Source of the DNA: Dimargaris cristalligena
Taxonomy: Eukaryota
Direction of reading: 5' to 3'
Assembly: GCA_003614675.1 (NCBI GenBank)
Contig: ML002394.1
Coordinates: 1 to 34,213, forward strand
Length of the DNA: 34,213 nucleotides
Part shown: positions 22,706 to 33,202 of the stretch, in pieces
Position numbering within the stretch: position 1 is the first letter of the stretch
Layout of the letters: each line of letters starts with the position of its first letter
Position numbers and translations under genes: made by a program
The notes under the pieces: model-generated
The model's database searches: none
Seen by the model: only the letters and a program-made list of their open reading frames with translations
What the model was told of the DNA's origin: nothing

Positions 22706-24112
22706 GTTTGTGTATATATGGTTTTGGGTGCCTGTGTGCGCCTTCCCTATCTTACTACTCCTCAGAAACCACCAATTGCCTTTAGACACATTGTTTTCTC
22801 CTCTTGGTCAAGGAGAACAGGTCTATTAGCGGTGTAGGGATCGGGTGAAGACAGGGTAGGGGGGAACTCTTGCTGGGACTTTAATACTGCCCCCAGCAGG
22901 GAATATCACCATTAGTTTTAATCAATTTGGGTTGAGAGGTGGCGGTCATATGAAATTGGACAGTCTATTTTCCTTATTGACGCTGTCGTATTGACCATGA
23001 CCTCTCAACTCTTGCTATACATCCCTTTGTTTTAGTTATTTCTTCAGCATATATTTTTACACTTCGCCTTTACTCCCACTTTAATAAGAACCATCTCTTT
23101 TCTTGTGCACTCGTCTAATGGTTTATGCATGTTACACCTATACCGGACATTTAAGAAAGGTCTAGTAAAGTGTATTTGGTACTGGCCCAATTTGAGTGTA
23201 GTGTTTTCAATCAAAAAAATGCCACTCACAGGAATGTGGATTTATTTGAATATAAAATGGCTACATCCTTTTATTTGGTGGTTTAATGCTGAGAGATGTA
23301 TACAGTTTTAATATATAGACCGAGGCTATTTAAGATGGGGGCTATGCTCCATCTGTGGTAGTCCCCCCCTCTTGCCGGGGTTATTACTGATTTTCAACCG
23401 CCGTGTTTATTTAAAATTATGTGTTGTGTATAACAGCTCCTTTACCAACTGGTTTGTGATGGTTACGCCAATTGGTAGAGTAATAGACATGACCCCAATT
23501 ATCATATAATACCCGCCCACTTACGCCAGGCCTTACTTTTACCTGAAGGAAGGCATTCTCCACTAGAAAATCCAGATTGCTCTACTCTAGAAAGAAGAAT
23601 GTTTATATTCCCAGCCGTGGTGCACTAGGAATTTCTTACTATATTATGTCCTGAAGCATCGACTTTGATGCATACTTGGCGTTCAACTCTCTGCATATAG
23701 AGGAGTGTATGTGTATGCATATTGGCAGTAGTCTCTTTACCGTCTTTGCCGCAGGTTAGAAAGGAAAAGACACCCACGTACTTTGGCAGGTTCCTCTCCT
23801 TCTCCTTCACCTATCCGCAGCATATATATATATGCGGTGTTGTGTCTCTAAGTGGCCTTTTCTCACTCATAGTGCTAAGAGAGCCCCTTGGTTACCCCTT
23901 TTCTTTTCTACCTTGTTAAACTATTTACATTTAAAACATAGTCCTCTATTTTCAATGACCTCTTCTGTTTTTGAATTAAGGTATATCCATTATTGACCTA
24001 TCTACTTATACAACACGCTTTACCTTCTGGTTCTACATTGGTCTCTTTTTAATAGTGCGGTTGATATTCTTTCTCTTTTATTATCTTTTCGAAGTCCAGC
24101 CATTTAACCCAG

Positions 24113-24405
24113 ACGCGTAAATTATACAGTCGCCCTTATTCAATTGACTTTATCGGCGTTTCCTTTCTTAGGGCAATCGTGGCTATCCGCTCCTTCAACC
24201 CTATCAACCCTACTGGACGCGACTCCAAACTTTGCCAGGCATACCTGATTGCCCTAGTATAATCTCGCCTTTTTTCCCCACTCCTTGCCACACCATTCTA
24301 CGCTCATCCCAACCCCACCTCTCTCCTCGTCCGATTTCAGTATAATAGGCGCGTGACCCTCCTCGTCCCACTCCCCCCTCCCACAATCACACCCTAGCAC
24401 TCGCG
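24113..24405 (+). promoter_or_regulatory. Cluster of MCB/E2F-like CGCG-core elements upstream of RAD21
   Basis: ACGCGT at 24113-24118, ACGCGA at 24217-24222, GGCGCGTG at 24348-24355 and TCGCGG at 24401. I saw no CGCG in the preceding ~1.4 kb of the same intergenic region. Confidence 0.5.
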
Positions 24406-24407
24406 GC

Positions 24408-26444
24408 ATGTTCTACGCTGAAGCTATCCTCTCTAAAAAGGGCCCCTTGGCCAAGGTCTGGCTCGCGGCCCATTGGGAACGCAAGCTCAGCAAAGCCCAG
24501 TTTCTCCAGGCCAATATCCCCAGTTCCGTGGGGGCCATTATGGGGGATGACCAACCCCCGCTGGCCCTGCGGCTGTCCGGCCAACTCCTCTTGGGGGTTG
24601 TTCGTATCTACTCGCGGAAAACCAAGTACCTGCTCGAAGACACCGAAGACGCCCTCCTGAAAATTAAAATGGCGTTCCGGCCGGGGGTGGTCGATATGCC
24701 CACCGACAATATTACCGCGTCGTTTAACCATATTACCCTGCCGGATAGTTTGACCGAATTCGATATGCTGCTGCCCGACCCCGAACTGCCCTACACGGCC
24801 CACGGGGGTGGTGTGGCCGACGTCGAAAAGGCTGTGGGCCTGTTCGTATCCCGGCCGCAGGACATTACCATCAATGATTCGTATGAAGTGGCGGCCCGCA
24901 CAATGACGTTCGATGACCGTGATATGCTCGGTGGGCTCGGCGAGGAAGGGGAAGAGGGCGATGAGTATCAGCTCGATTTTACCACGGACTTGCCCGAGAC
25001 CCCGTTCCCCATGGCCGAAACCGACGCCGAGGAAGAAACGTTCCGGGCCCCGTTTGGTGGTGATGACGAAGATAACCAACATGCCATGGACATGGAGGTC
25101 GAAATGGGGCGTGATGCCATAGCCCTGGGGAGTGATTCGTTCGCTCTTGATGCGCCTAGCATTTCACTGCACGATGACCTCTTCCCTGTCGAAAAGTCGC
25201 TGCTCGACGGTCGCGGCGGGTCCGTGATGGACGAAGAAGAACCCCTCAACTTCACCCAGGCCCTCAATTTAGAGGAGGACCTGCATTACCTGCGGGACCC
25301 GTCCCTGCTGGCCACCCCCCGTACTCCGATGCCCGATGGCGGCAGTGTGCGGGGTATGGCTACCCCCCTTCTGGGTCTAGGGGCCACTCCGCAGCTTCAT
25401 ATGGACCAATTGCCCCTACCCACTCCCCGGCAGCCTCGCAAACGTAAATTGGTGGTCGACCGCAACACCGAACTCTCCAGTCAACTGATTTCGGCCCAGA
25501 TTGAGGATCCGTCGGATACGCTGGTGTTTGACGCGTGTCTCCCGCGGTCGGATAAAATGGCCCGGCTCCAACTTACGGTCATGGGACCCTCGGCGACCAA
25601 CCTACAGCGTCTATTCAACCAGACGGCCCCGCGGGGCATTCCCCGGCCGCTCCAGCATTTATTCACGCGTACGTTGGCTACTCCGCGTCCGGCCCCGGCG
25701 TCCGGACGGTCGGTGGTCGATGCCGCCGAATCCGAATGGGCCGCCGATGCCCTACCTTCGATGCTGGGGGATATTTCCCTCCAGCTCCCCGGCGACGAAT
25801 CCGGTACGGCGGGCCTGGGACAGTCGGAGGATATTTTACCTCCGTTCGAGGAAGATGGTTACGACGGTCAATACCAACCTAATATGGATGATGACTACCC
25901 CCTGCCGGAAGATTTGGCCGCCCAGGATACGGTGTCCCTCGCGGGTACCGATCACCGGCGTCGCACCCAACTGTTCGGGGACGCCGAGTTAGCCGAAACC
26001 CAGCCGTCCGATCAGCCCGGACCATTGGTTGGGGACGCTACGGCGAGTCCGGATGCCGAAGACGAAGAAGGGGGGGCTGTCCCACTTGGCGCCCCCGAGC
26101 AGCCAGCATTACCATCGGGTTCCACCACGGCTGGGTTCAGTAAGAGTACCCTGCGGGCCATTCAACTCCTACAACAGGAGACTCGCAAAGTGGCAGAAGG
26201 GGGTAGTGAATCCGCCCCGACGGACGCCACCGGGCCTACCCGACAGACCCTTCGGGAAGAGGACGGTCACCAAGTGGCGTTTGAGCCCATTGTGGCTAAT
26301 GCCCGGCGCCAGGATGCAGTCAAACTATTCTTTGAGTTGCTGGTCCTTAAAACCAAAGATTTCATCGATGTTAAACAGAGTGAGCCGTTTGGGAATATCA
26401 ATATTGTACCCCGTAACAAGCTGCTGGAGGTCGAAGGACTTTAG
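24408..26444 (+). CDS. RAD21: Cohesin kleisin subunit Rad21/Scc1/Mcd1, 678 aa, single exon
   Basis: N-terminal Rad21_Rec8_N domain (MFYAEAILSKKGPLAKVWLAAHWERKLSK...LALRLSGQLLLGVVRIYSRK), central RKRKLVVD motif, and C-terminal winged helix (RRQDAVKLFFELLVLKTKDFIDVKQSEPFGNI). Confidence 0.96.
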   Translation: MFYAEAILSKKGPLAKVWLAAHWERKLSKAQFLQANIPSSVGAIMGDDQPPLALRLSGQLLLGVVRIYSRKTKYLLEDTEDALLKIKMAFRPGVVDMPTDNITASFNHITLPDSLTEFDMLLPDPELPYTAHGGGVADVEKAVGLFVSRPQDITINDSYEVAARTMTFDDRDMLGGLGEEGEEGDEYQLDFTTDLPETPFPMAETDAEEETFRAPFGGDDEDNQHAMDMEVEMGRDAIALGSDSFALDAPSISLHDDLFPVEKSLLDGRGGSVMDEEEPLNFTQALNLEEDLHYLRDPSLLATPRTPMPDGGSVRGMATPLLGLGATPQLHMDQLPLPTPRQPRKRKLVVDRNTELSSQLISAQIEDPSDTLVFDACLPRSDKMARLQLTVMGPSATNLQRLFNQTAPRGIPRPLQHLFTRTLATPRPAPASGRSVVDAAESEWAADALPSMLGDISLQLPGDESGTAGLGQSEDILPPFEEDGYDGQYQPNMDDDYPLPEDLAAQDTVSLAGTDHRRRTQLFGDAELAETQPSDQPGPLVGDATASPDAEDEEGGAVPLGAPEQPALPSGSTTAGFSKSTLRAIQLLQQETRKVAEGGSESAPTDATGPTRQTLREEDGHQVAFEPIVANARRQDAVKLFFELLVLKTKDFIDVKQSEPFGNINIVPRNKLLEVEGL

Positions 26445-26775
26445 CGGGGGAATTGGGCACACACACGTGCAAGACTTGTTTTTTACATTAGCCCTTTATT
26501 TTTATTTATTTTTTTGTTATACACACTATCATTATACGTACATAGCATTTTCATAGACACCCAGTTTTATACACGTGTTTCATACAAATTTATATCTATC
26601 AATTAATAAAGACAGCTTAACTTATTGGCTTGGGCATGCTGGTTGAAATTCACGAGGGGGTGGATTAATCGGGTGGTAGCTTCTTTTTCTTTAAGGAGCC
26701 CTTTGGTCTTTTAGCTCCACTCCTTTTGGGTGGCTATGGTTAATATAGGCGAAGTAGTGGGTGGTGATAAATTAC

Positions 26776-26919
26776 ATATGGGGGAGTCTCAGCCGGGCTG
26801 TATTACGAAGAATCCGCTAGGTGAGGCCAATATTACTGGTTAAAAATGAATCACTCGCCTATTTTCCCATACATATATCATTAAATACCTTAAACAGCTG
26901 GGTCGAGTTTCACCCATAT
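26776..26919 (+). mobile_element. MITE copy 4, diverged: 136-bp core with ATAT/ATAT TSD
   Basis: About 108/144 identical to copy 1 with no gaps. Ends are ATATGGG...CACCCATAT. Confidence 0.78.
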
Positions 26920-28111
26920 CCATAGGGGAAAAATAATTCATTATTACTACTAATTCCTTTTGAGATGGACATAAGAAAGGGCAATCCACTAATGTCCTTT
27001 TCTTCACAGGCTGCCGAATAGTCAAAGTAGTCGGTAATAGGTGGGAAATACAATAAGAGAAAAGACACGACGTAATATCTAATCTGGTCAAGCCAACCAG
27101 CCTGTAGTCCTATTACGCATGACAGAAAAAGGAGTGTCGATCAAATAAAAAATCTACTGCTGGTAAACAAAGCCAGGTTATATAGTATTCTACAGTCAAT
27201 ACTTTCGATTATTAACCAGAACCCCTCAATAGTTGGAAAAAGCCCTACTATATACGAGCCCCACACACAACATACACCTCTCCCGGCTAGTCCATATCCC
27301 ATATAGTTCAAGGTTTAAGCTGCAGAAGAGGAGAGGGATGTTATAATAAAGTAGAATACATTTTATTATTATTGTGTCGTCTGTTTACATTAAGCCTGGC
27401 CCTCGTTGATTCCTTAGGGCTTCTGTGTTTTTCTGGCATGCCTTTTGTTTTTTTCTTCCACTTCTCGCTGGTAAAGCACATTCTAATATATACATATATA
27501 TATATCTCGCCCGTCTCTCCCCCACCTGGGTTATTCTGTACTCCCCCGTTTGTTCTCTCGCATTCGGCCTACCTGTCGAATCTTGGCCACTTTCTCTGCT
27601 CCCTGTTTACCGGTTGGTCGCCCGACCTACTTTGGGAGAGATTCTCAACCCCTGGTGGGCTCTAATCCGCTGGACCCTTGCCTGCCTTCTTGCCTCGTGT
27701 CTTGTTCGCCTCCCGCCACCCACCCAAATACCCTGTGTGCCTCCCACGCCTTCGTTGTTTACGCTTTAGATAGCCAACACTATAACCCCGCTACAGACGC
27801 ATATACACAGAGATACACACGCATAAATAGGCCGACCCCTCTTTAGTGCGTGGGGGTAATTTACGCGAGGAAATAGTGTGTGTATGCTGGAGGGCCATTC
27901 ATTTCTACATTCCTAGAAATACTTACTGCTAGTGTTATTATTATTATTATTATCGTTGTTGTTGTTCTGGGCATTTATTATTATTTCCGGCAATTTGCCC
28001 AACTCTTCGATTCCCCATTACTTACTTCCCATAGACCACTCCCGTCCTATCCACCCATTGGCCACAAAGGCCACCCCTCTTTGGTATACTGTGCTATATT
28101 GTGCCCCATTA

Positions 28112-31100
28112 ATGACATCGTTACCGTCTACCTGCCCGCCGACTCACCCGGAACTCAAGGTACTCGCCGCGGTTTCGTCGACCACTCCCCGTCTACCGTC
28201 CGCTACCCCTCCTCCCCGGTCCAGCCCTGCCCGTCCCGAGTACGTTCCCTCGGGTCCAGCGACCACTACTGTCACGACCCATAATACCGCTGCTGCTGCT
28301 GTCTCCCCTGGTCCACTGGGGAAGCCGCGGGCGATAGCAGCAGCGGCGGCAGCTGCTTTTGCAGCTTCTTCTTCTTTCTCGTCTCGACTGGCCTCCCCCG
28401 AACATCGCGGCGAGTCGCGCTCCGGAACTACGTGTCTGCCCGCCCGGGCATTATTTACTAGTCCATCGGGTAGTTCATCGGGCATCGTCAGACTAGGTGG
28501 TCATATTACCACAACCACAACCACGACCACACATTCTCTTCAGCTCTCCCCGCCTCAGCGGCCACCACAATCACCACCACCACCACCACCGTCCTCGTTT
28601 GAATCTAACCCCCGGCGAGTTCGGTCCGTTTCCACCACCGATGCCTCATATACCCGGTCGCCCTGGTCCTATTACCCCTCCCACATGAGCCGCGCCCATG
28701 ATTTGGCGAGTTCCGTCTCTTCGAAAACCGGCAGTCCCATATCGAGCGCGCGATCAACCTTATCCCGACCCCCGTCCTGGTCCGAGTTTTCCCTCGGGGA
28801 GGACGACGATACAGCCAATGGGTTTCATCTCGATCGGTCGGATAGCCCGGCCAAGGAAGGGGGAGGGGGGCGTGCTTTTTTGACTACGACTGCCTCTTTT
28901 CCCTCGGGTCAGCGGCCGGATCCCGTCACTTCCATGCGGTTCACACGAAGCCACGAACCGGAAGTGAACCCCCCGTATTCCGGCGATGAGATGGAAGGGG
29001 ATACAAGGAGGGGGAGGCAGGCCCACCAGCAGCAGTCATCACCCCCAATAGCGTCTTTCCCCCCCGCCCGTGATTCCAGAAGTCCCATTGTACAACGATC
29101 CACCCTTCGGTCATTCCAACTAGCGGCTAGTGGTGGTGGTGGTGGTAATAGTAGTAGCAGTAGTAGTAGTGGGCGTCGGGTCCATTCCTTCTCTAGTACC
29201 ATTTCTCCGCACATTTCTGAAATGATAATGGCCACTATCGGACATCGTCGCATCACCAGCCCCGCTGCACTACGGGCCAACGCTAAACCCCCATCTACTA
29301 CAGCGGCGATCAAACCAAATCCCAAGAAACATCCCCATTCGCCAGATACAATATCCCCCCAGAATATATCCCAATCAGGCTTAACCGCTGATTCTCAAAG
29401 GTCCATCCGGCCGGTAGCCAGTCGGCGGCGATTGAATATCAGTGGCAGTACCCCAACTTTAACTGGTACGTCCGGCAAAGAACCGGTGCGGTTACATTAC
29501 GAAAGCGGTGATACCACAGAGACGGACTCCGATTTTGAAACATCCACCGTCCAGCACTCGCCCCTCCAGCGCGTGCGCACGACCAACCCTTCTGTACAAC
29601 GATCCCCCGGTCCGATGTATGCTTACCGGCCCACCGCTGAACCACCCATGGCCCGAGCGGCGACGGATCCCTCCAACCAATCGATCTCCTTTTTTAACGA
29701 ATTTCCCTCCGGACAATCATCATCACCTGTAGCCCCAGCCCCAGCTACATTCTCGGGTCCGGGGAGTGATTATAATGGAGGTGATACTACCGAAACTGAT
29801 GAGGATATTCAACTGCGCTTTTTTGGCCGCGACTTAATTTCTGATCCCGAGCAGTCGCCCTCAGGGACACAGCCCCCCACATTGAATACAGCAACAATAA
29901 TCCCAACAACAACAACAATACCAGCAGCAACCGTGACAGCAACAGCACCCACTGTAGTTACGCTATCCGGTCGGCGGTGCTCTTCCACTTCACTTCTTTC
30001 CGTTGGTCCGACCCCTGGCACCAAATCCGTACATCGTAACCATCGTAACTTGTCATATCCACTGTCCTCCTTTAATTCCCAGGAAAACGCCCTTATCGCC
30101 ATGTTGGAATCCACCACCCCTACCGCCGTGGCCGTAAGTGAACGGGGTGATACGACCGATAGTGATGCATCGCTTGCGGAGGAGCCTACCATCGATCCAT
30201 CTCAATCTGGCCTAAAACGGCTGAAGCGGAGCCGAGGACGTCGGCAGCTCCGACGGCCGCCGGGTCCCATAGCCGCCGCCTCGCCGATTGTAAATACTCA
30301 ACCTGATCTTCCGCTTCCGAGTAGTGGTGGGGATGCCGCGGCCAACACCGAGTTGGCCAGTGACGCCACGGATAGTCTAGACGAAGATGTACGGTTCGAT
30401 CCGAAGAAACTATTACTCCTACGACCCTCCTTTCTCACCCCTACACTAACCGCACCCCAATCCCCCCCGCATGAACTGCCCCGGCTAGGAGGCCTATCGG
30501 CTGAAACATCTCATTTATCAACCCCCCAGGCCCAGCGGTCGTCCGCCAGATCTCATACGCCACTTCCCCTAGCGACCGATTCACCCTCGACGGCTACAGT
30601 GACCCCGTCGGCGGCGGCCCATGGGCGCAATTTAAGAACCCGACCCGGATCCGTGGCTCCCCCGGTATCCTCGGCCCACTTGTCCACCTCCGGTTCAGGG
30701 CCACCGGGTACCCATAGGCGACATGCCTCGTATAATCCGCATCTCCCAACCGAACCGAAAAGAGAACCTGGGACCTTCTTAGCCACCACCTTCGAGACGC
30801 GGATACGGCCCGGGGGACAGCGCCGGCACTCCACGGTACCATTGCACTCCGGCGCCCCTAATGATCCCCATCCCAATCGTCCCATTAATCCGTCACTCGG
30901 TCCCTCGAACCCACTATCTACTACCCACCAGGACACACCGCCCCGAACCCGCTTGCTTGACGATGATATGGCCTCGCTGCTTCGTTCGCCCGACATGCAC
31001 TTAGTTTCACCTACCCCATTTACCCGCCACCGCGCCAAATCCTGGTTTACCAACCGCACCACTGGTTCCTCCTCCTCCTCCTCCTCCTCCTCTACTCTCG

Positions 31101-33202
31101 GACTCCCCGCATTTCTGAATTTGAGTTCCCAACAAGTTGCTATGGGGGGTGGTTCTGGTGCTACGACAGAACTAGTCACCCGGCCCCGTTCCTTGACCAC
31201 CGATTTCATCACCGCGCGACCCACTAAACGGCTCCGAACCCCATCACCGACGCCTATTTTCAATGGCGCAGGATTTCCTCCACCCGGCACCCCATTAAGT
31301 ACTGCGCGAACCGGGATAGTGAAAAAACTAAAGGGGTCGTTGTCCCTTCCACCATCGAGGCCAGGACCAGAACTAGGACCATCACTATCGCCAACATCAT
31401 CTACCACCAGAACACCGAGTATCAGTTTAACCAACGACGTGGCAGCCGAGGTCCTTGCTAGCTTACCGGGATCGGGATCTAGGTCCCGGCGATCCACCAA
31501 AGGACTCGTTACCCCACCCAGGCTCGACGACGTCCCCGTTAAGGAAGAGCAAGGCGGATCTTCCACTGATACGGACGAAGAGCCCCCTCGTCCGGTGGGA
31601 ACCCCTTACCGGCAACTGCAGGCCCAATTGGCGGCCAATAACGACCAACTTCCCTTTGGCTCGCCCCTGCCGTTGCGGTTTTATACCGTGCCCGGGGATG
31701 GGACATTGCCTCCCCTGCCCGTACCACCATCACCGGCATTGGGTTCCGTATTAGCCACGGCCTCTGCCACGACCATGTTGTCGCCGGGGCGGGTATTTAT
31801 ACGTCAATCATCAGCATCATCATCATCATCGTCGGTCATCCCGCTGCTTGCCTCTCCTCAACTACCACCAGGTCGGGGCGGTCCGCGACCTGTGGCCTTC
31901 TCCGAGTTTGAATCCAGTCTGCCGTACTGTGTACGGTCCAAAATAAAAACGAAGGAAGTGGTTACGGTACCGAAAATGGCGACGTCTTGTACCACCGCGA
32001 CTGCCCCGGGTACGACTTCCAAGAAGTCTACGGTCCCGGCCTCAACACATAATTTGGACAACCAACCCCAACGGCCATCGTCACCCCCGATTGCCCAACC
32101 GGGAGACCCCGAATACGACGAAGATGCCACTGAATCTGAGACGGAACTCGAAATTATCCGGTTGGAACATTTACCCCCCAGTCTACCCCCTTCTTCCGGG
32201 GTGCCCGGCCCCTATCATCCACCCCCTCCCTCGTTTGTAGCGGCCACCCCTAGTCGTCGACTAAACCGCCGGAAACCATTCGCACAGGCTACAACGACAA
32301 CCTCAGCGGGGGCCCCGGCCGTAAAGGAAGGTACGGAAGTGAAGCCGGAATCTCTGACTGGGCCTTCCCCGATAGTTGGCCGTACGCATCCGGAAGAAGT
32401 GGTTAGCCGTGATTCACTGCCCCCACGGTCACACCGGCAGCTTGATTTTGCCCGGCGTTCACCCCGGTCGGGGATCCGGTCCCAACCTACGCCAGACATC
32501 TTCATTTCCACCACCGAAGACCTACCAACTACTCTGCTGGAGACCAATGGGGCCACCAGCCGAGGTATGGGAATATCGACCCCTGAACTGTTGTTACAGT
32601 CTTCACCATTATTATCCACCGCCCCCTTGCCTACGCTTACTTCCGCCAACCCTAACTCTACCACCACCACCACCTCCTCCTCTCCCTCTTCCCCCTCGAA
32701 AAAACCCCGAGATGAACTGCCCCGCAGTTATGAGGGGTTTTTCAAAAGGCTCGAAACGAGTTCCCTTAATCGACTTTCGCCCCGTAAAATTCTGGCCGGT
32801 CAGCGGACGAGACTACATCGTAAGGAGGCTAGTGTTGGTGATGGTGCCCCCACCATGGGTCAGCTGAACAATGCCACTTCCTCGGTATCCTATTCTTCCT
32901 CATCTTCTTTATCTCCGACCACTTTTGATCAGAATGCCAAAGCGTTGGCTAGTGGTAGTGGTGGTGGTGATGGTGGTGGGCCGGTTCATTCATCTACTAC
33001 TCCAATGGGCTCATCCCCTAATCAACAGGTTCCGCCGCCGATACCGTCAGCTACCTCATCGGGGTCGCCGCCTCGGTCATCGTCAATATCATCATCATCA
33101 AGTTCTTCACCTCCACCATCGACAACCACGCCAGTCCCAGATGCCTCCATTTCCACTCGAGCCACCACCACACTTCCACCGTCCAGCCAATCGGTTAAAT
33201 GA
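28112..33202 (+). CDS. Large Ser/Thr/Pro-rich, probably intrinsically disordered protein of unknown function (~1,696 aa from first in-frame ATG)
   Basis: More than 5 kb of uninterrupted frame. The track start at 27932 is a GTG running through a (TTA)n/(TTG)n microsatellite, and the first ATG is at 28112. No recognisable folded domain. The true start is uncertain. Confidence 0.75.
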   Translation: MTSLPSTCPPTHPELKVLAAVSSTTPRLPSATPPPRSSPARPEYVPSGPATTTVTTHNTAAAAVSPGPLGKPRAIAAAAAAAFAASSSFSSRLASPEHRGESRSGTTCLPARALFTSPSGSSSGIVRLGGHITTTTTTTTHSLQLSPPQRPPQSPPPPPPSSFESNPRRVRSVSTTDASYTRSPWSYYPSHMSRAHDLASSVSSKTGSPISSARSTLSRPPSWSEFSLGEDDDTANGFHLDRSDSPAKEGGGGRAFLTTTASFPSGQRPDPVTSMRFTRSHEPEVNPPYSGDEMEGDTRRGRQAHQQQSSPPIASFPPARDSRSPIVQRSTLRSFQLAASGGGGGNSSSSSSSGRRVHSFSSTISPHISEMIMATIGHRRITSPAALRANAKPPSTTAAIKPNPKKHPHSPDTISPQNISQSGLTADSQRSIRPVASRRRLNISGSTPTLTGTSGKEPVRLHYESGDTTETDSDFETSTVQHSPLQRVRTTNPSVQRSPGPMYAYRPTAEPPMARAATDPSNQSISFFNEFPSGQSSSPVAPAPATFSGPGSDYNGGDTTETDEDIQLRFFGRDLISDPEQSPSGTQPPTLNTATIIPTTTTIPAATVTATAPTVVTLSGRRCSSTSLLSVGPTPGTKSVHRNHRNLSYPLSSFNSQENALIAMLESTTPTAVAVSERGDTTDSDASLAEEPTIDPSQSGLKRLKRSRGRRQLRRPPGPIAAASPIVNTQPDLPLPSSGGDAAANTELASDATDSLDEDVRFDPKKLLLLRPSFLTPTLTAPQSPPHELPRLGGLSAETSHLSTPQAQRSSARSHTPLPLATDSPSTATVTPSAAAHGRNLRTRPGSVAPPVSSAHLSTSGSGPPGTHRRHASYNPHLPTEPKREPGTFLATTFETRIRPGGQRRHSTVPLHSGAPNDPHPNRPINPSLGPSNPLSTTHQDTPPRTRLLDDDMASLLRSPDMHLVSPTPFTRHRAKSWFTNRTTGSSSSSSSSSTLGLPAFLNLSSQQVAMGGGSGATTELVTRPRSLTTDFITARPTKRLRTPSPTPIFNGAGFPPPGTPLSTARTGIVKKLKGSLSLPPSRPGPELGPSLSPTSSTTRTPSISLTNDVAAEVLASLPGSGSRSRRSTKGLVTPPRLDDVPVKEEQGGSSTDTDEEPPRPVGTPYRQLQAQLAANNDQLPFGSPLPLRFYTVPGDGTLPPLPVPPSPALGSVLATASATTMLSPGRVFIRQSSASSSSSSVIPLLASPQLPPGRGGPRPVAFSEFESSLPYCVRSKIKTKEVVTVPKMATSCTTATAPGTTSKKSTVPASTHNLDNQPQRPSSPPIAQPGDPEYDEDATESETELEIIRLEHLPPSLPPSSGVPGPYHPPPPSFVAATPSRRLNRRKPFAQATTTTSAGAPAVKEGTEVKPESLTGPSPIVGRTHPEEVVSRDSLPPRSHRQLDFARRSPRSGIRSQPTPDIFISTTEDLPTTLLETNGATSRGMGISTPELLLQSSPLLSTAPLPTLTSANPNSTTTTTSSSPSSPSKKPRDELPRSYEGFFKRLETSSLNRLSPRKILAGQRTRLHRKEASVGDGAPTMGQLNNATSSVSYSSSSSLSPTTFDQNAKALASGSGGGDGGGPVHSSTTPMGSSPNQQVPPPIPSATSSGSPPRSSSISSSSSSSPPPSTTTPVPDASISTRATTTLPPSSQSVK

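Noticed and set aside
12948-26919. Interpreting the dispersed 144-bp repeats as CRISPR, LTR or SINE
   Set aside because: They are not arrayed, lack TG...CA ends, and lack Pol III boxes or a poly(A) tail. TIRs plus a TSD fit a MITE.
27932-28111. Signal-peptide-like MLLLLLLSLLLFW start of the 1756-aa ORF
   Set aside because: It starts at GTG and is produced by a (TTA)n/(TTG)n microsatellite, so it is not a credible eukaryotic start.
3187-33202. Interpreting the six co-oriented genes as a functional cluster
   Set aside because: Their functions are unrelated (transport, phosphoesterase, sterol, cohesin) and the spacers are kilobases long. Co-orientation of six genes can arise by chance, and two of them are a tandem pair.
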